Assembly (NCBI GenBank): GCA_020536535.1
Contig: JAHLWZ010000842.1
Coordinates: forward strand, 1-64,000
DNA length: 64,000 bases
Source of the DNA: Pelomyxa schiedti
Lineage: Eukaryota; Protista; Evosea
Direction of reading: 5' to 3'
The position numbers were made by a program, and so were the translations under genes. Shown here one piece after another: positions 34,941 to 45,788 of this stretch (position 1 is the first letter of the stretch; each line of letters opens with the position of its first letter). The notes under the pieces were generated by a model. The model searched no databases. It was not told the origin of the DNA and saw only the letters and a list, made by a program, of their open reading frames with translations.

Positions 34941-35157
34941 TCTTATCTTTTTTTTTTTTTTTTGTTCTTTTTTCGTGTTTTCTTCTTGTTTCGAAATTCG
35001 TCGGGCCAGTCTGGGCTGATGGGATCGTTCGATCCAGTGAGGGAGTGCATTCACCACGTTATGACTTGTGAAACTTGGCACGTGAATGAACTCCCCCACT
35101 CTGTTCCAAACATCAAGAGTGGATAAGAAGAAACTTCGGTTACCGTTTGGCAGTTTG

Positions 35158-38100
35158 ATGGGTGGTTCGCAGTCGCAGGAGGGTGCTGCACCCGTGCCCC
35201 CTCCGCCGCCCCCTCCCCCTCCAAACCAACTCCAAACCCCCGAGCCCCGTGCCCGCGACGTCCCCACGCCGCCCCCGCCGCCGCCTCCGCCTCCGCCTCC
35301 CCCGCCCCCTCTGTGCGGGGACCCCCCGTTCTGGTCGTACCCAGCGCCATACGCAGACCCCTACCCATGCACATACACCCCCGGGCCCCCGCCTCCGCCG
35401 GCTCCTCCTCCTCCTCCTCCTCCGCCGGCTCCTCCTCCTCCTCCTCCTCCTCCTCCTCCTCCTCCGCCGCCGCCGCCGCCGCCGCCGCCTATCCCTGGGC
35501 GGACATGGGGGGCGCGGGGCGGCCATGGGTACAAGTACCGCCTTGGGCTGCGCGACATACTCTGTTCTTGTGAAATAAGGGCTCATGTTCATGACCTGTG
35601 TGCAAATGTATGCATTGATTGATTGATTGATTGATTGGTTGGTTGATTGGTTGCTGTTGGCTGGTGATGAGTCTGGTGTATGTTAGTAGGAATAGCTTCA
35701 AACACATGAAAAGGTCCAGTTTGTTCAGACTTATATGAACGATACAGAAACTCCACTGGAAGCCATGTGTGCATTCAAATCTTTTTTCCTCTGTTGCCAA
35801 AAATCAATACGATTTAGTTACGAGTTCCCTCTCTCTACCGATTCCACCATTACTGAATTTATAGCTGATGTCAATGGGAAGAAAATTGTTGGGAAGGTAC
35901 TCCAAATCTCTGAAAAAGCTCTTGTCCCAAGCTAATTATGTGCAACAGCTACAAGAAAAGCAGAAAGCAATAAATAAATATGATGATGCCCTGGTAGAAA
36001 TTCCTTTTTCTACTACGTTCTTAAAGACACTAGGCATCAGGACACGAGGCCATGCTTGGGGAGGTTAATGGTGCTACAAAAAAGGTCTTCAAGATTTCTG
36101 TTGGTAAATTGTTCCCAGATTTCCTTTCCCTCCCACAACTTCTCAGGAAACCTTGGACCCAAGGAAACTGCAAAGAGTAGTTCCAAAGTATTTCTCTTAC
36201 ACCTCCCTTATTTAATTAGTATCAATCACAATGGCCACTGAACTGCCAACTTCCAAAGAAGAGACTTTACTTGTGCTCCCAGCATCAATGTTTCCGGCTA
36301 GGAGTGTTGAGTTAGTGATCGATGCCACAATTACACTCAGCCAGGAGATAAAATCTGTATTGTGCCGCACCTTCTCTGGTGTTAAGGAAAGCATGTTCTT
36401 GGTTTACCCATTCTAAGTCTTTTTAGGTTTCCGATACTGATTCCCCATATGTGAAGCTTATGCACTTCCAAACTGTTACTGGTTTCTTATTTGAAATATG
36501 TTTACCAACTGACCACAAGAGCAGGACTACAAGGAAGAGATTTCGAAGTTGTGATTACACCAACCCATCCTTATGTTCCCTCGGCTATCTTAGAGATCTC
36601 CCCAGATAAAAAAACTCGTGCTGTAATGTTGTCATTTTTCCCGGAATGGTCAAACATTGATCCTGACCTGTATGACCCTGCTGGAGAAATTATATTCCTT
36701 ATCGATAGGTTTGCTGTCGTCATATTTAAGATTTAATGTTAGATTAGGTCTGGGTCAATGGGTGGTTCTCCAATAAGAAGAGTAGGAGAAACAATGGAGT
36801 TATTTTTACGCAGTCTGCCTCAGAACTGCAAATTCAACGGTTTAAGTTCCCAGTGAAGAAGAGGGATTAAACTTCTATTAGTGGTTGGTTTTGGATCTTA
36901 TTACGAGAAGCTATTTCCTACGAGTCAGTTGTACTCCTCCAGCAGTCTAGAAATTGCTGTGCGTCATGTGCGATCTCTCACTGCTGACCTTGGAGGGACT
37001 GGTTGGGTCTCAAATTTTTAGAAAGCTATGCTAAGTAAGTCACCATGCAGATTTGTATAAACCATTGGAAAACATCCTTTCTGAGCAATGTGATGACAAT
37101 TACCCAAGGCAAGTATTCATTCTCACAGACGGTGCTGTTGACGAGAAAGGACCTACCATTACCATCGCTCAAAAGAAATGCAAAAGAGTCAGAGGTCTGC
37201 ATGATTCAACCCTATCATTTGCAAATTCGCCCTTTAGTATTTACATTTGGGATTGGATCATCAGTAGACCAAGATCTCGTATGTAGGCTTGCACAAGCAG
37301 GCAAAGGCAGTGCTGTTTTTATTGAATCCCCATCTGATATTAAAGCGAATGTACAAATCTTTCCTTAATTGTTAAAGAAATGACAATTTATTTCAGGTTA
37401 TGAAGCAACTTCAGGTAAGGACCTTATTGCCAAGCCTACTGATATTCTAATCTGGTACAAGAAAGCCTTAGAGCCAATGATGAGAAAACTGAATGTTGTT
37501 TGGCCAAATGGCTTCAAGCCCCTACAGGCTCCTCAAAGTTTGAGGCCAATTTTTAGTAAGGAACGGTTGATTGTGTATGCACTGCTTGAGTCTCTTCCTC
37601 AAGAGACTGGTGATGGAAAAACAAAACTGCCTAATTCTGCTATGGAAGTTGTACTAGAAGGGATAGGGCCAGATGGGAATTATCTGCAATTCCCTGTGAC
37701 GTGGACACCAAGTTCCTTTCCTGTACCGCTCTAAGTTTATAATTCCTTTGCACAGATCAAGAAACTGTTGGGACTCTTGTGCATTCTCTGGCCGCAAAGA
37801 AATTAATCCAGTAACTGATTCATCTTCGAAAACTCAATGATAACATCTATTCAGTGAGTTGGAGGAGTCACCGACTCCCGAATCACGCAGTAAAATCCTT
37901 GAGCTCTCTTTGAAATGGAACGTTGCCAGTAGTATGACAGCCTTTGTTGCAGTTAGCGATCGGTACTTATTCGTCTATTTTCGTCCACTCAACATTCCAA
38001 GATCTGAACCAGTGGAGGGTACCATGCAGACCGTCTCGGTTCCTCATGGACCTCAAACAGACCCAGCAACAAGTGTAAGTTCTACCATATGCTATTTCTT

Positions 38101-39147
38101 TTTAATGCAGTATTTCCCCAGCAACTTCTCGCAACAATCACCCACGGGATGTCTCTGAGGTCTACGCCGTCGCCAGCCACAACTGCCTCGCCATCGTCCT
38201 CACCTACCCAAACCCAGATATTAGGTAGCCTTTCACGCAGGCTTACTTTGCAAACTTCAGACGACGAAGACGACTCTGACGAGCCCTGGAGCGACGGCGA
38301 CTCTGCCCCGCCGGCGAGACCTGCGGCTCCGGCCTCCCTGCCGCCACCACCTCCGCCACCACCAGCCGCATCCTTATCTCGCCCTTCGACCAGACACGAC
38401 CCCCATGGTGGTTCTTCAGCCCCACCGCCGCCGCCGCCCCCGCCACCCGGATGCAGGGGCTATGGTGGCTCTCCCCCGCCGCCGCCGCCGCCGCCGCCTC
38501 CACCACCACCTGGTCCTCCGCCTCCGCCCACGTCCCGGCGTCCGTCGAAGCCTGGCCAGGCTGATGGTGGCTCTGGCTCGCGCCCGCCACCGCCGCCACC
38601 TCCTTTACATCACCCCTCGGCTCCTCGTCACCCACCGCCACCACCAGGGGGTGCTGAGGGTGCCTCGGGCTCGCCTATGCCTCCGCCTCCCCCTCCGCCG
38701 CCGCCACCGCCGCCGCCTGGTTTATCATTCGCTCCTCCTCCACCGCCTCCGGCCGCTTCTTCGTACTCGCCGCCGCCGCCGCCACCGACTTCCGGGGGCC
38801 GTTCGCAACCGAGTGCATCGGGAATAGATGGAATCATCTGCCTACAGGAAATCGACGGGAGCTGGCTCAAAGCCAGTGCGATTTCGATTCTGGGGGCCGG
38901 GCCCTGCTCTTCCCTACCCAGCGAACTACAACAGGCACTGACTCCACAGGAAAGCGAGCTTATTGCGACCATCTGGTGCACGGCTCTCGTGGTTTCCTGG
39001 GTGACCAGGACTTACTCTAGTGACCAAGTCACGTGGCAGCTAATTGTACAAAAGGCCCGGAAGTTCATAGCCATCACAAAACAACGATTACACGCACCAG
39101 CACAATTCGACATCTACCAAGCAGCACACAGTGCATTATTCACATAG
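35158..39147 (+). CDS. VIT + vWA domain protein (VWA5A-like) with polyproline tracts and N-myristoylation motif
   Basis: MGGSQS start; VIT QTYMNDTETPLEAIYEFPL...IVGKLQEKQKAINKYDDAL; MIDAS IFLIDRSGSM, LGGT, FILTDG, FTFGIG; C-terminal LQEIDGSW. Confidence 0.88.
35198..35490 (+). repeat. CCG/CCT triplet runs encoding polyproline (second block ~38340-38790)
   Basis: Direct (CCT)n(CCG)n runs. Confidence 0.85.
35616..35650. repeat. (TGAT)n/(TGGT)n tetranucleotide repeat in an intron
   Basis: ttgattgattgattgattgattggttggttgattgg. Confidence 0.85.
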
Positions 39148-39481
39148 CCTCTTTGCCAATGACAAACAACACAACCCTTTGTACTTCATGTGCAAACAAA
39201 GGAGAAAACGACTTTTCGTGTAACAACTTTCTTCGATGGAGGAAAGACTTCATTCCCATACAAGGAACCCGAGGAAATCGCCAGGTCCGCCTAAGGCAAA
39301 CTACAAGCCGAAAAAGCCTGAACAATGGAAAAAGCAGACAGACTTTTCTAGTTGAATTTCTTGATCCCTCCCAGGAGAGAGTCTTCTTGAACTGTTTCTT
39401 CCAAAGCTTAAAAGCCCGAAAGAAACACAAAAAAAATAAACAAACAAACACCCACTCCTCAGAAGGGATTAATACACCACA

Positions 39482-41108
39482 ATGAGTATCTTCTCATCTA
39501 CGTCGTTTTACAACTCGTCGTCCTCGTACGTCGTACCTCCGCCCGAATCTTCCGACGATGGAATCCCTACGTGGGTATATGCCGTCATTCCATTTATCTC
39601 GTTCTTTGGCGAGTTAGTAGGTAGACCACAACCCGACACAAGATAGAAAAGCCCCGTGTTGGAGTTTTATAAAATTTTAACACAAATTAGATAGCTCCAT
39701 TGGAATGGGGTATGGTACTACTCTGGTGCCAGTCCTGATGACTCCTGCTTTTCACCTTGAAAGAAAGACTATTGTCCAGTCTGTGCTAGTGTCAGAACTG
39801 TGTACTGGACTTCTGGCAACTATTTTCCACCTCCTGTTCAGAAACGTAAATTTCGGTGTGCTTGCTGGGTACTTGGTTATTGGTTTCCTAACACTCAACT
39901 TCAGGGTGCAACCCAAATAAAATTCTGCCCAACAAGCTTGTAAAGTGCTTGAAGCTGGATAAAAACTACACCGACGAAGTTAAAAAGGAAATTGAGAAGG
40001 AGGGTCTTGGAGAAGAAGCAGTATTTACCCTTTTGCCCACTCTTCTTATTCTTATTTCTGAATCCTATTCAGCTAGAGGCACTTGTTGACGAATATATAG
40101 AAGATGACCAACACAAGTCCTCTCCTCCTGTGTCCCCAGTTTCTTCGCCGGAGATTGACCCCGCCTTATCTCCAGACATAACAGTGAGTGTCAACAAAGT
40201 CGAAGAATTTGATGTCGAAGGTCCCACTGAAGACCCTCTTGCATGGTATTGGAAAGCATACCTCACGATGAAAAGATTATGGACAAGAGATTCACAGGTC
40301 AGTTCACTGCCTCATCTGGAAAGGAAATTCCTCACTTACATGATCAGGTGGTTACACTTTTGGTTCTCTTTGGAGTGGTGGGAACTATAATAAGCACTAT
40401 CATCAATGCCAAGTATGGTTGGTCAAAGAAACAGAAGTACGCCATCAAGATGTACGTGGCAGTCATGGTCCTTTGCATGGGACTCTGCATTCTGGTTTTT
40501 ACCACTTTCAAATTTCTTGTAAGTACCAGCCGTATTCGGGATATTCCAACTAATTAGGATTAGACAAAATATGCTTGGTGGAAAATAGCTATCCTGGGTC
40601 TCGTTACAGGGTTTAATAAAGGTATCAGCGGAGGTGGCTACGGTCCAATAGCAGTATCAGGCCAAATGGTAGACAAGTGAGACTAGTGTATCTTTCTGCT
40701 GATACAAAAATAGATATGCGGAAGACCCCAAAAAAATGCTATTGCTTCTACTTCAACCGCAGAAGCTATTATCAGTCTTTCTGGAATCATTTGCTCTCTT
40801 TCATCAAATGCAATCCAGGGAAAGAGTAAGTGTCTCTTTTTCACACTGAATCTGATTAGTCTCCAGATAGCAAGGAGCAGTACTCACTTGTACCATACCT
40901 GATAATCGGCTCGTGTACTTCTACGCCCTTTGCCGCTTATTTCACACGCATAGTGAAAACAAAAGCCCTAAGATACATTGTTGGGATTGCAACTACTTTG
41001 CTTGGGGTATCTTGTTGTAGAGGGGAGAAATTTTTGACTTGCTCACAGGTTTACTCCATTATAGCCGCAGTACTATCGTACAAGGGCATATGGTCTGGTG
41101 CTGAGTAA
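39482..41108 (+). CDS. TauE/SafE (TSUP) family sulfite/sulfur-compound transporter
   Basis: ELVDSSIGMGYGTTLVPVL...SVLVSELCTG...HLLFRNVNF and the second repeat GFNKGISGGGYGP...AIASTSTAE; multiple TM segments. Confidence 0.85.
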
Positions 41109-41402
41109 ACTCTCTTTCTGATTTCTATCAAACAGTAGCTACTATTATTACATCAAATAATCTTGTTTTCCTGTTCTGAATAAGCAAGCAGGAAGAACAG
41201 AAAAAAAATGAAATATTATTTCGAATTCTGTTGTTCTTTATACTGGGTTTTCGTATTTCTTAGGTCACTTCTGCTCTGATTTCCAGAGGGTGCCAACTGT
41301 ATAACTCCAATCGAGAAGGATAGTAGTGTTTTGATGCCTGCAAGAAAGTAAAGAGTGTAAGAGGGCAGAACGGCTCAAATTGGCAACCGTAGAAACCTGG
41401 AA

Positions 41403-41970
41403 TCACGGGTAGAAATAAACAGTTATGGATACACCAGTGCCATCGAAAGCACTCTGCACAAGGGGCTTCACTTTTGACCACTCCAAACCATCCAAGCCAC
41501 AACCAATTGCCGGCATCGCGAGGTTTGTGACCCCTTTATCCATGCAGTGGGCTGCCAGCGATTGCAGGCCTCTCTGCAGGTCCTGGTATGTGGCCTTGCT
41601 CCAGTGTTTCTCCTTGTTGACTATATTGAACACCCACCGAGATGGCGGTCGAGCTATTGCCCCAACATCACCAACCTTCGGTTTTTTTTTTTTTTGTGAG
41701 TGATTTGCATATCAAAATAGAAGTAGTAGAAAAGTGAGAAACAGGGTTATGTTTATGTATTAAAAAAAAAGGGAAAAAAACAAAAAAGGCTGAAAACAAA
41801 GCACACACAGACAGGTTCATGGACTGCAACTCAGGCCTCATGTTCCCAAACCTCTGCGTGAACTTCACTACTATTCCTTTGCCCATTGCCAGATCTCGCG
41901 AAATGCACTGCACCATGGAGCACGACGCCGGCGCACTAAACAAGTCCCCGTGTACCTCCCTGATCGACAT
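41403..41970 (-). CDS. OARD1: TARG1/OARD1-type macrodomain ADP-ribose glycohydrolase
   Basis: GDLF...VQCISRDLAMGKGI...FNIVNKEKHWSKATY...LAMPAIGCGLDGLEW...ITVY; one intron. Confidence 0.92.
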
Positions 41971-42060
41971 AGTCTCTTTGTTTCCAATCAAATGACCAGC
42001 TGATCTGTAATCAGCGGGGATGATGGGCTAATCATCCTATTGTCAGTTAATTCGCAACAA

Positions 42061-43000
42061 ATGAGCCGCGGCGGACCGCGGTGGCGCATGGGGTACACCA
42101 GCAAAGAGGTGGGGGAGATGATGGAGGCGGTGGGGCCCTACGCTAGGCCCATGTGTGGCAGGTGGCCCAGCGCCGAGGAAAAGGGGCGCCTGGCCCTGCT
42201 GGTAGTGGACATGCAGCGGGAGTACGGGCCAATGGCCGCCGCAGTGGCCGGCAACGTGGCAGCGCTCGTGGCCGCGTGCAGGGAAAAGGGCATACGGGTG
42301 CTCTACACACAGGTGGGGCGGGGCTTCCTTCACCTTTTCTCGTTCTGCGTGGCCGTTCGCACCGCTATTGTGGGACATACTTCCTCACTTTTTTTTTTTT
42401 TTTTCAGCATGGGCATGAGGACTTGGAGGAGGACGGGGGGATGTTATATGAGTTTTGGGGTGAGTTGCCAATGAGGGGTTCAAAGGCATGGCAGTTCATA
42501 CCAGAAGTGCAACCACTGCCCAGTGAACATGTTGTACACAAGGTGTGTGCATAAAAAAATAAAACAAAACATAACAAGAAGAAAAAAAAAAAAAACAAGT
42601 GACTTTCTGAGTGTGAGCAGCTACTTTGCGATTATGCTGATTGATTTGTTGCTCCCTAGAAAACGTACAGTGGCTTTCTCAACACTGATTTGGAAGAGAC
42701 ACTTGTATCATATGGCACAACGACTTTGATAATTGCTGGCGTGTTAACAAACTGCTGCTGTGAGACAACTGCAAGGGACGCCTTCAATCGCGGGTATCTT
42801 TCACATTACCAACAACAAACACGAAAAATCTTTGAAACACAAATTCACACTCTCAAAGGTACCGAGTAGTGTTTGTTCCTGATGCAACTGCAACAAGTAG
42901 CAAAGATCTCCACCTGTCCACACTCAAAACACTGGCTTATGGGTTCACCTACATGGTTCCCACTGCTGAACTCCTAAGCGCTTTGCGATCCCGCTACTAA
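42061..43000 (+). CDS. Isochorismatase-family cysteine hydrolase (nicotinamidase-like)
   Basis: ALLVVDMQ, YTQHGH, VHKKTYSGF, IAGVLTNCCCETTARDAFNRGY, DATAT; D-K-C triad intact. Confidence 0.9.
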
Positions 43001-43169
43001 ATCTACTCTGCCTCGTATCTGAATTTCCCTTCATTTTTCAAATTGGTTTTTAGTTCTGCGACTACGTATTTTTTCCCAGGAAGTGCGGCGTTGGCGACCG
43101 GTTTATTAATCATGTCGCTGTCGGGGCTGCCGGTTGGTGGCGAAAAAATCGAGGCATCGGATCGGCATT

Positions 43170-45660
43170 ATGGTTTATGTAAGCTGCTGGTTGGTGCAGG
43201 TGGTGTTGTGGATGTGGGTTACGGATTATGGGATGGTCAGTGGCACTTACGACCCTGGTCTCGTCGGCCGGTCGTTCGCTTATGGTGACTATGACTTTGG
43301 GCAGAACGCCACCACATCTCTTCAGAGTGAATTATGGGAGAGCGGTAGGTCAACGTACACCTGTGGATTGGACCTGCCTCAGTTGCAAAAGATGAGCGAG
43401 ATGCTGGGCGACAAAGCAAAGAACATGAAGCGGAATTCTGTTGATGATCAAGATTATGGGTATGATATTTCTTCTATCTCCCCTGTTTTAGGGCTCATAC
43501 GAAAACATCTGATGTAGCAGAAGAAACAACGCAAATGGACGTGGAATTTTGGCGGCACAGGCAGAACACTTGGTCAAGCACATTAGAATTCACCCAGAAT
43601 ATTTGCTGAACACTTTGTCTTGCCTCGAAGTCGGACAACTTGTAGACTTGGGGTACAATTCACTGTGATAATTCTTTGGTTTCTTAGTTAACACAGGAAA
43701 TATTCTGCCCAGAGTCCGTATCGCTGCAGTAATTTCTCAACAGAGGCGTGCATTATTGAATGTGAAGAAGCTGATGTTCTTTCCGAGGAATCCATTGCCT
43801 TTCTGCAGAATAATTTATTTCCTTCCGTAAAAGGTTAAGAGGTTAAAATTGAGTCACTCCCCTAATTTCTTCATTGAAAAAAAAAAAAGATTTCCTTGAG
43901 CAGCACCTCCTTGTTGACCCTGTTCAAGGAAATTTGGAATTGGATTCTGTTGTATGGAGTGCATTAAATGGGGTACTACACTCAGGTCACCTATTTTTTT
44001 TAACATCAACAAAAAGAGTTGTGGTGCTGTTGAAATACCTGACAGCTATGTTCAAGATCAAACAAATACTGTAGGAGTTCCAAATTCCGATCTTATTATT
44101 TTTATTACAAGTGTCCCCAACACTGAAAGTATGTTGTTATTCTCAGATGCCTTAATTGTATGAAAAGCTTATTTTTTTATACCAAGCGGTCCTTGCCTCT
44201 GCCCTTCCCTGTAATTTCCATTGGGATGGAAGTGCTTCTGATTGCTGCTTTGGTAGACCTTTAGCTGCTTCCATCAACATTAGTCCTCATTTTCTCAACA
44301 ATTTATCCCTTTCACTTGCCTCTGTACCAAAGCAAGTCCTCGATACCTCTTCTACAACCATACCTCCACTCAACGAGTCGAATTGTACTTTCAATGAAGA
44401 ATTCAAGAGAGCAGTGAAAGCCATTCTACATGAGATGACCCACGCTCTTGGATTTTCTCCTTTTTTTTATCCCTCTTTTCCTTCACAACCAGCTGTGGTC
44501 TATGACCGTATTGAAAAAAAAACGCCAGGTTGACCAAAACCTCCCTTTTTTTAAACTAAAAACCTTCAGCCGGCAAGCTGTTTGAAGTGCAGGTCCAGTT
44601 GCTGGTCACTCCAAATGTGATTCAATTTGCTAGGAAGCACTATGGTTGTTCTGATTTGAATGGCATGCCCCTTGAGGATTTTGGTAACCAAGACGACGGC
44701 ACAATGGGGGCCCACTGGGAAGCTAATATTGCAGGGGATGAATGTGTGCCTTCTTTATTAATATGTCAATCTCATTTAGTAGATATGGTTGGGGAGTTGA
44801 ATGTGGACATGCGTGTCAGTGGGCTCTCTTTTAGCCTTCTTCAGGACACTGGGTACTATACGGTTCTTTTTGAAAAGTTGGATGATTGGGAATATGGCAA
44901 AGGCCAAGGCTGTGACTTTGTAGAAGGTTTGTGCACAAGCTGGAACACAACATATCAATGCAAACACCGGTACTATTTAGCTATGTTTTTACCCTCTCAC
45001 CTCTCTAGCAACTTGCAGCAATGTACACCAACGAGATTGGGAATAGGAAAATGTGATGTATTCGAGTATCAAGAGGAACTCCCTTTACAATACCAACACT
45101 TTTCCGACCCTCAGTTTGTTCTCCCACTCTTTTTTAATGCAATTTTCTCATTTTTCCCCAAAGTGAAGGTGGCTACGATGCCCTCATGGATTTTTGTCCA
45201 ATTCCCTGGAACTATGAGACAGCACAAACAAGTACTGAGATATGTACTGGCTGCAGTGGCCAAATTCCTCTTGGGTCTTCACTTGGGGCAAAGCACTGTG
45301 CCTCATGTAGGTGCTTTGAATTAGGTTTGAGTGGGAACCCAGTGTGTTTGCCCACAACATGCAAGCAAGGGAAGCTGTTCATCGGCCTCAAGGTAACTAA
45401 TTACAACAACACCCAAAACAAACCAAACCAACCAACAAAAGAACATCACTGTGGAGTGCCCTACACAAGGAGGCCAGGTTACAGTGCCGGGATACCTACT
45501 TTACTGCCCTCCAGTGTGGGAATTGTGCTCGATTCCACAACGCAATATCACCCCTGTTCCAGAAACCACTGAGAACCACAGCCCCACAACACAACTCACC
45601 CTCCTGCTGCTGTTGGTAGCACTTTTGTCACATATGTTTATGCCACTCTCAAGTACCTAG
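43170..45660 (+). CDS. Leishmanolysin/GP63-like M8 metalloprotease with probable GPI/TM tail
   Basis: GRPLAASINI, ILHEMTHALGF (HExxH), ARKHYGC, LEDFG...GAHWE...DEYM, LLQDTGYY, YGKGQGCDF; hydrophobic C-terminus. Confidence 0.92.
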
Positions 45661-45788
45661 ACTCAAAACCAGTTTACAACAACAAGTAAAAACAAATCTT
45701 TCTATCCTAAAAAGTGCTCACCACATTTCCCCCTTCGTCGTAAGAGATTTGGAAATTAAACGGTCACCGAGAAGCGTAACAACGCAAA

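Noticed and set aside
2410-38981. Long antisense or alternate-frame ORFs (e.g. 4282-5082, 35140-35592, 38628-38981)
   Set aside because: Shadows of low-complexity Pro/Thr/Ala coding sequence that lack stops for compositional reasons
41999-42037. Bacterial FNR box
   Set aside because: Spacing is N5/N6, not TTGAT-N4-ATCAA, and the context is eukaryotic
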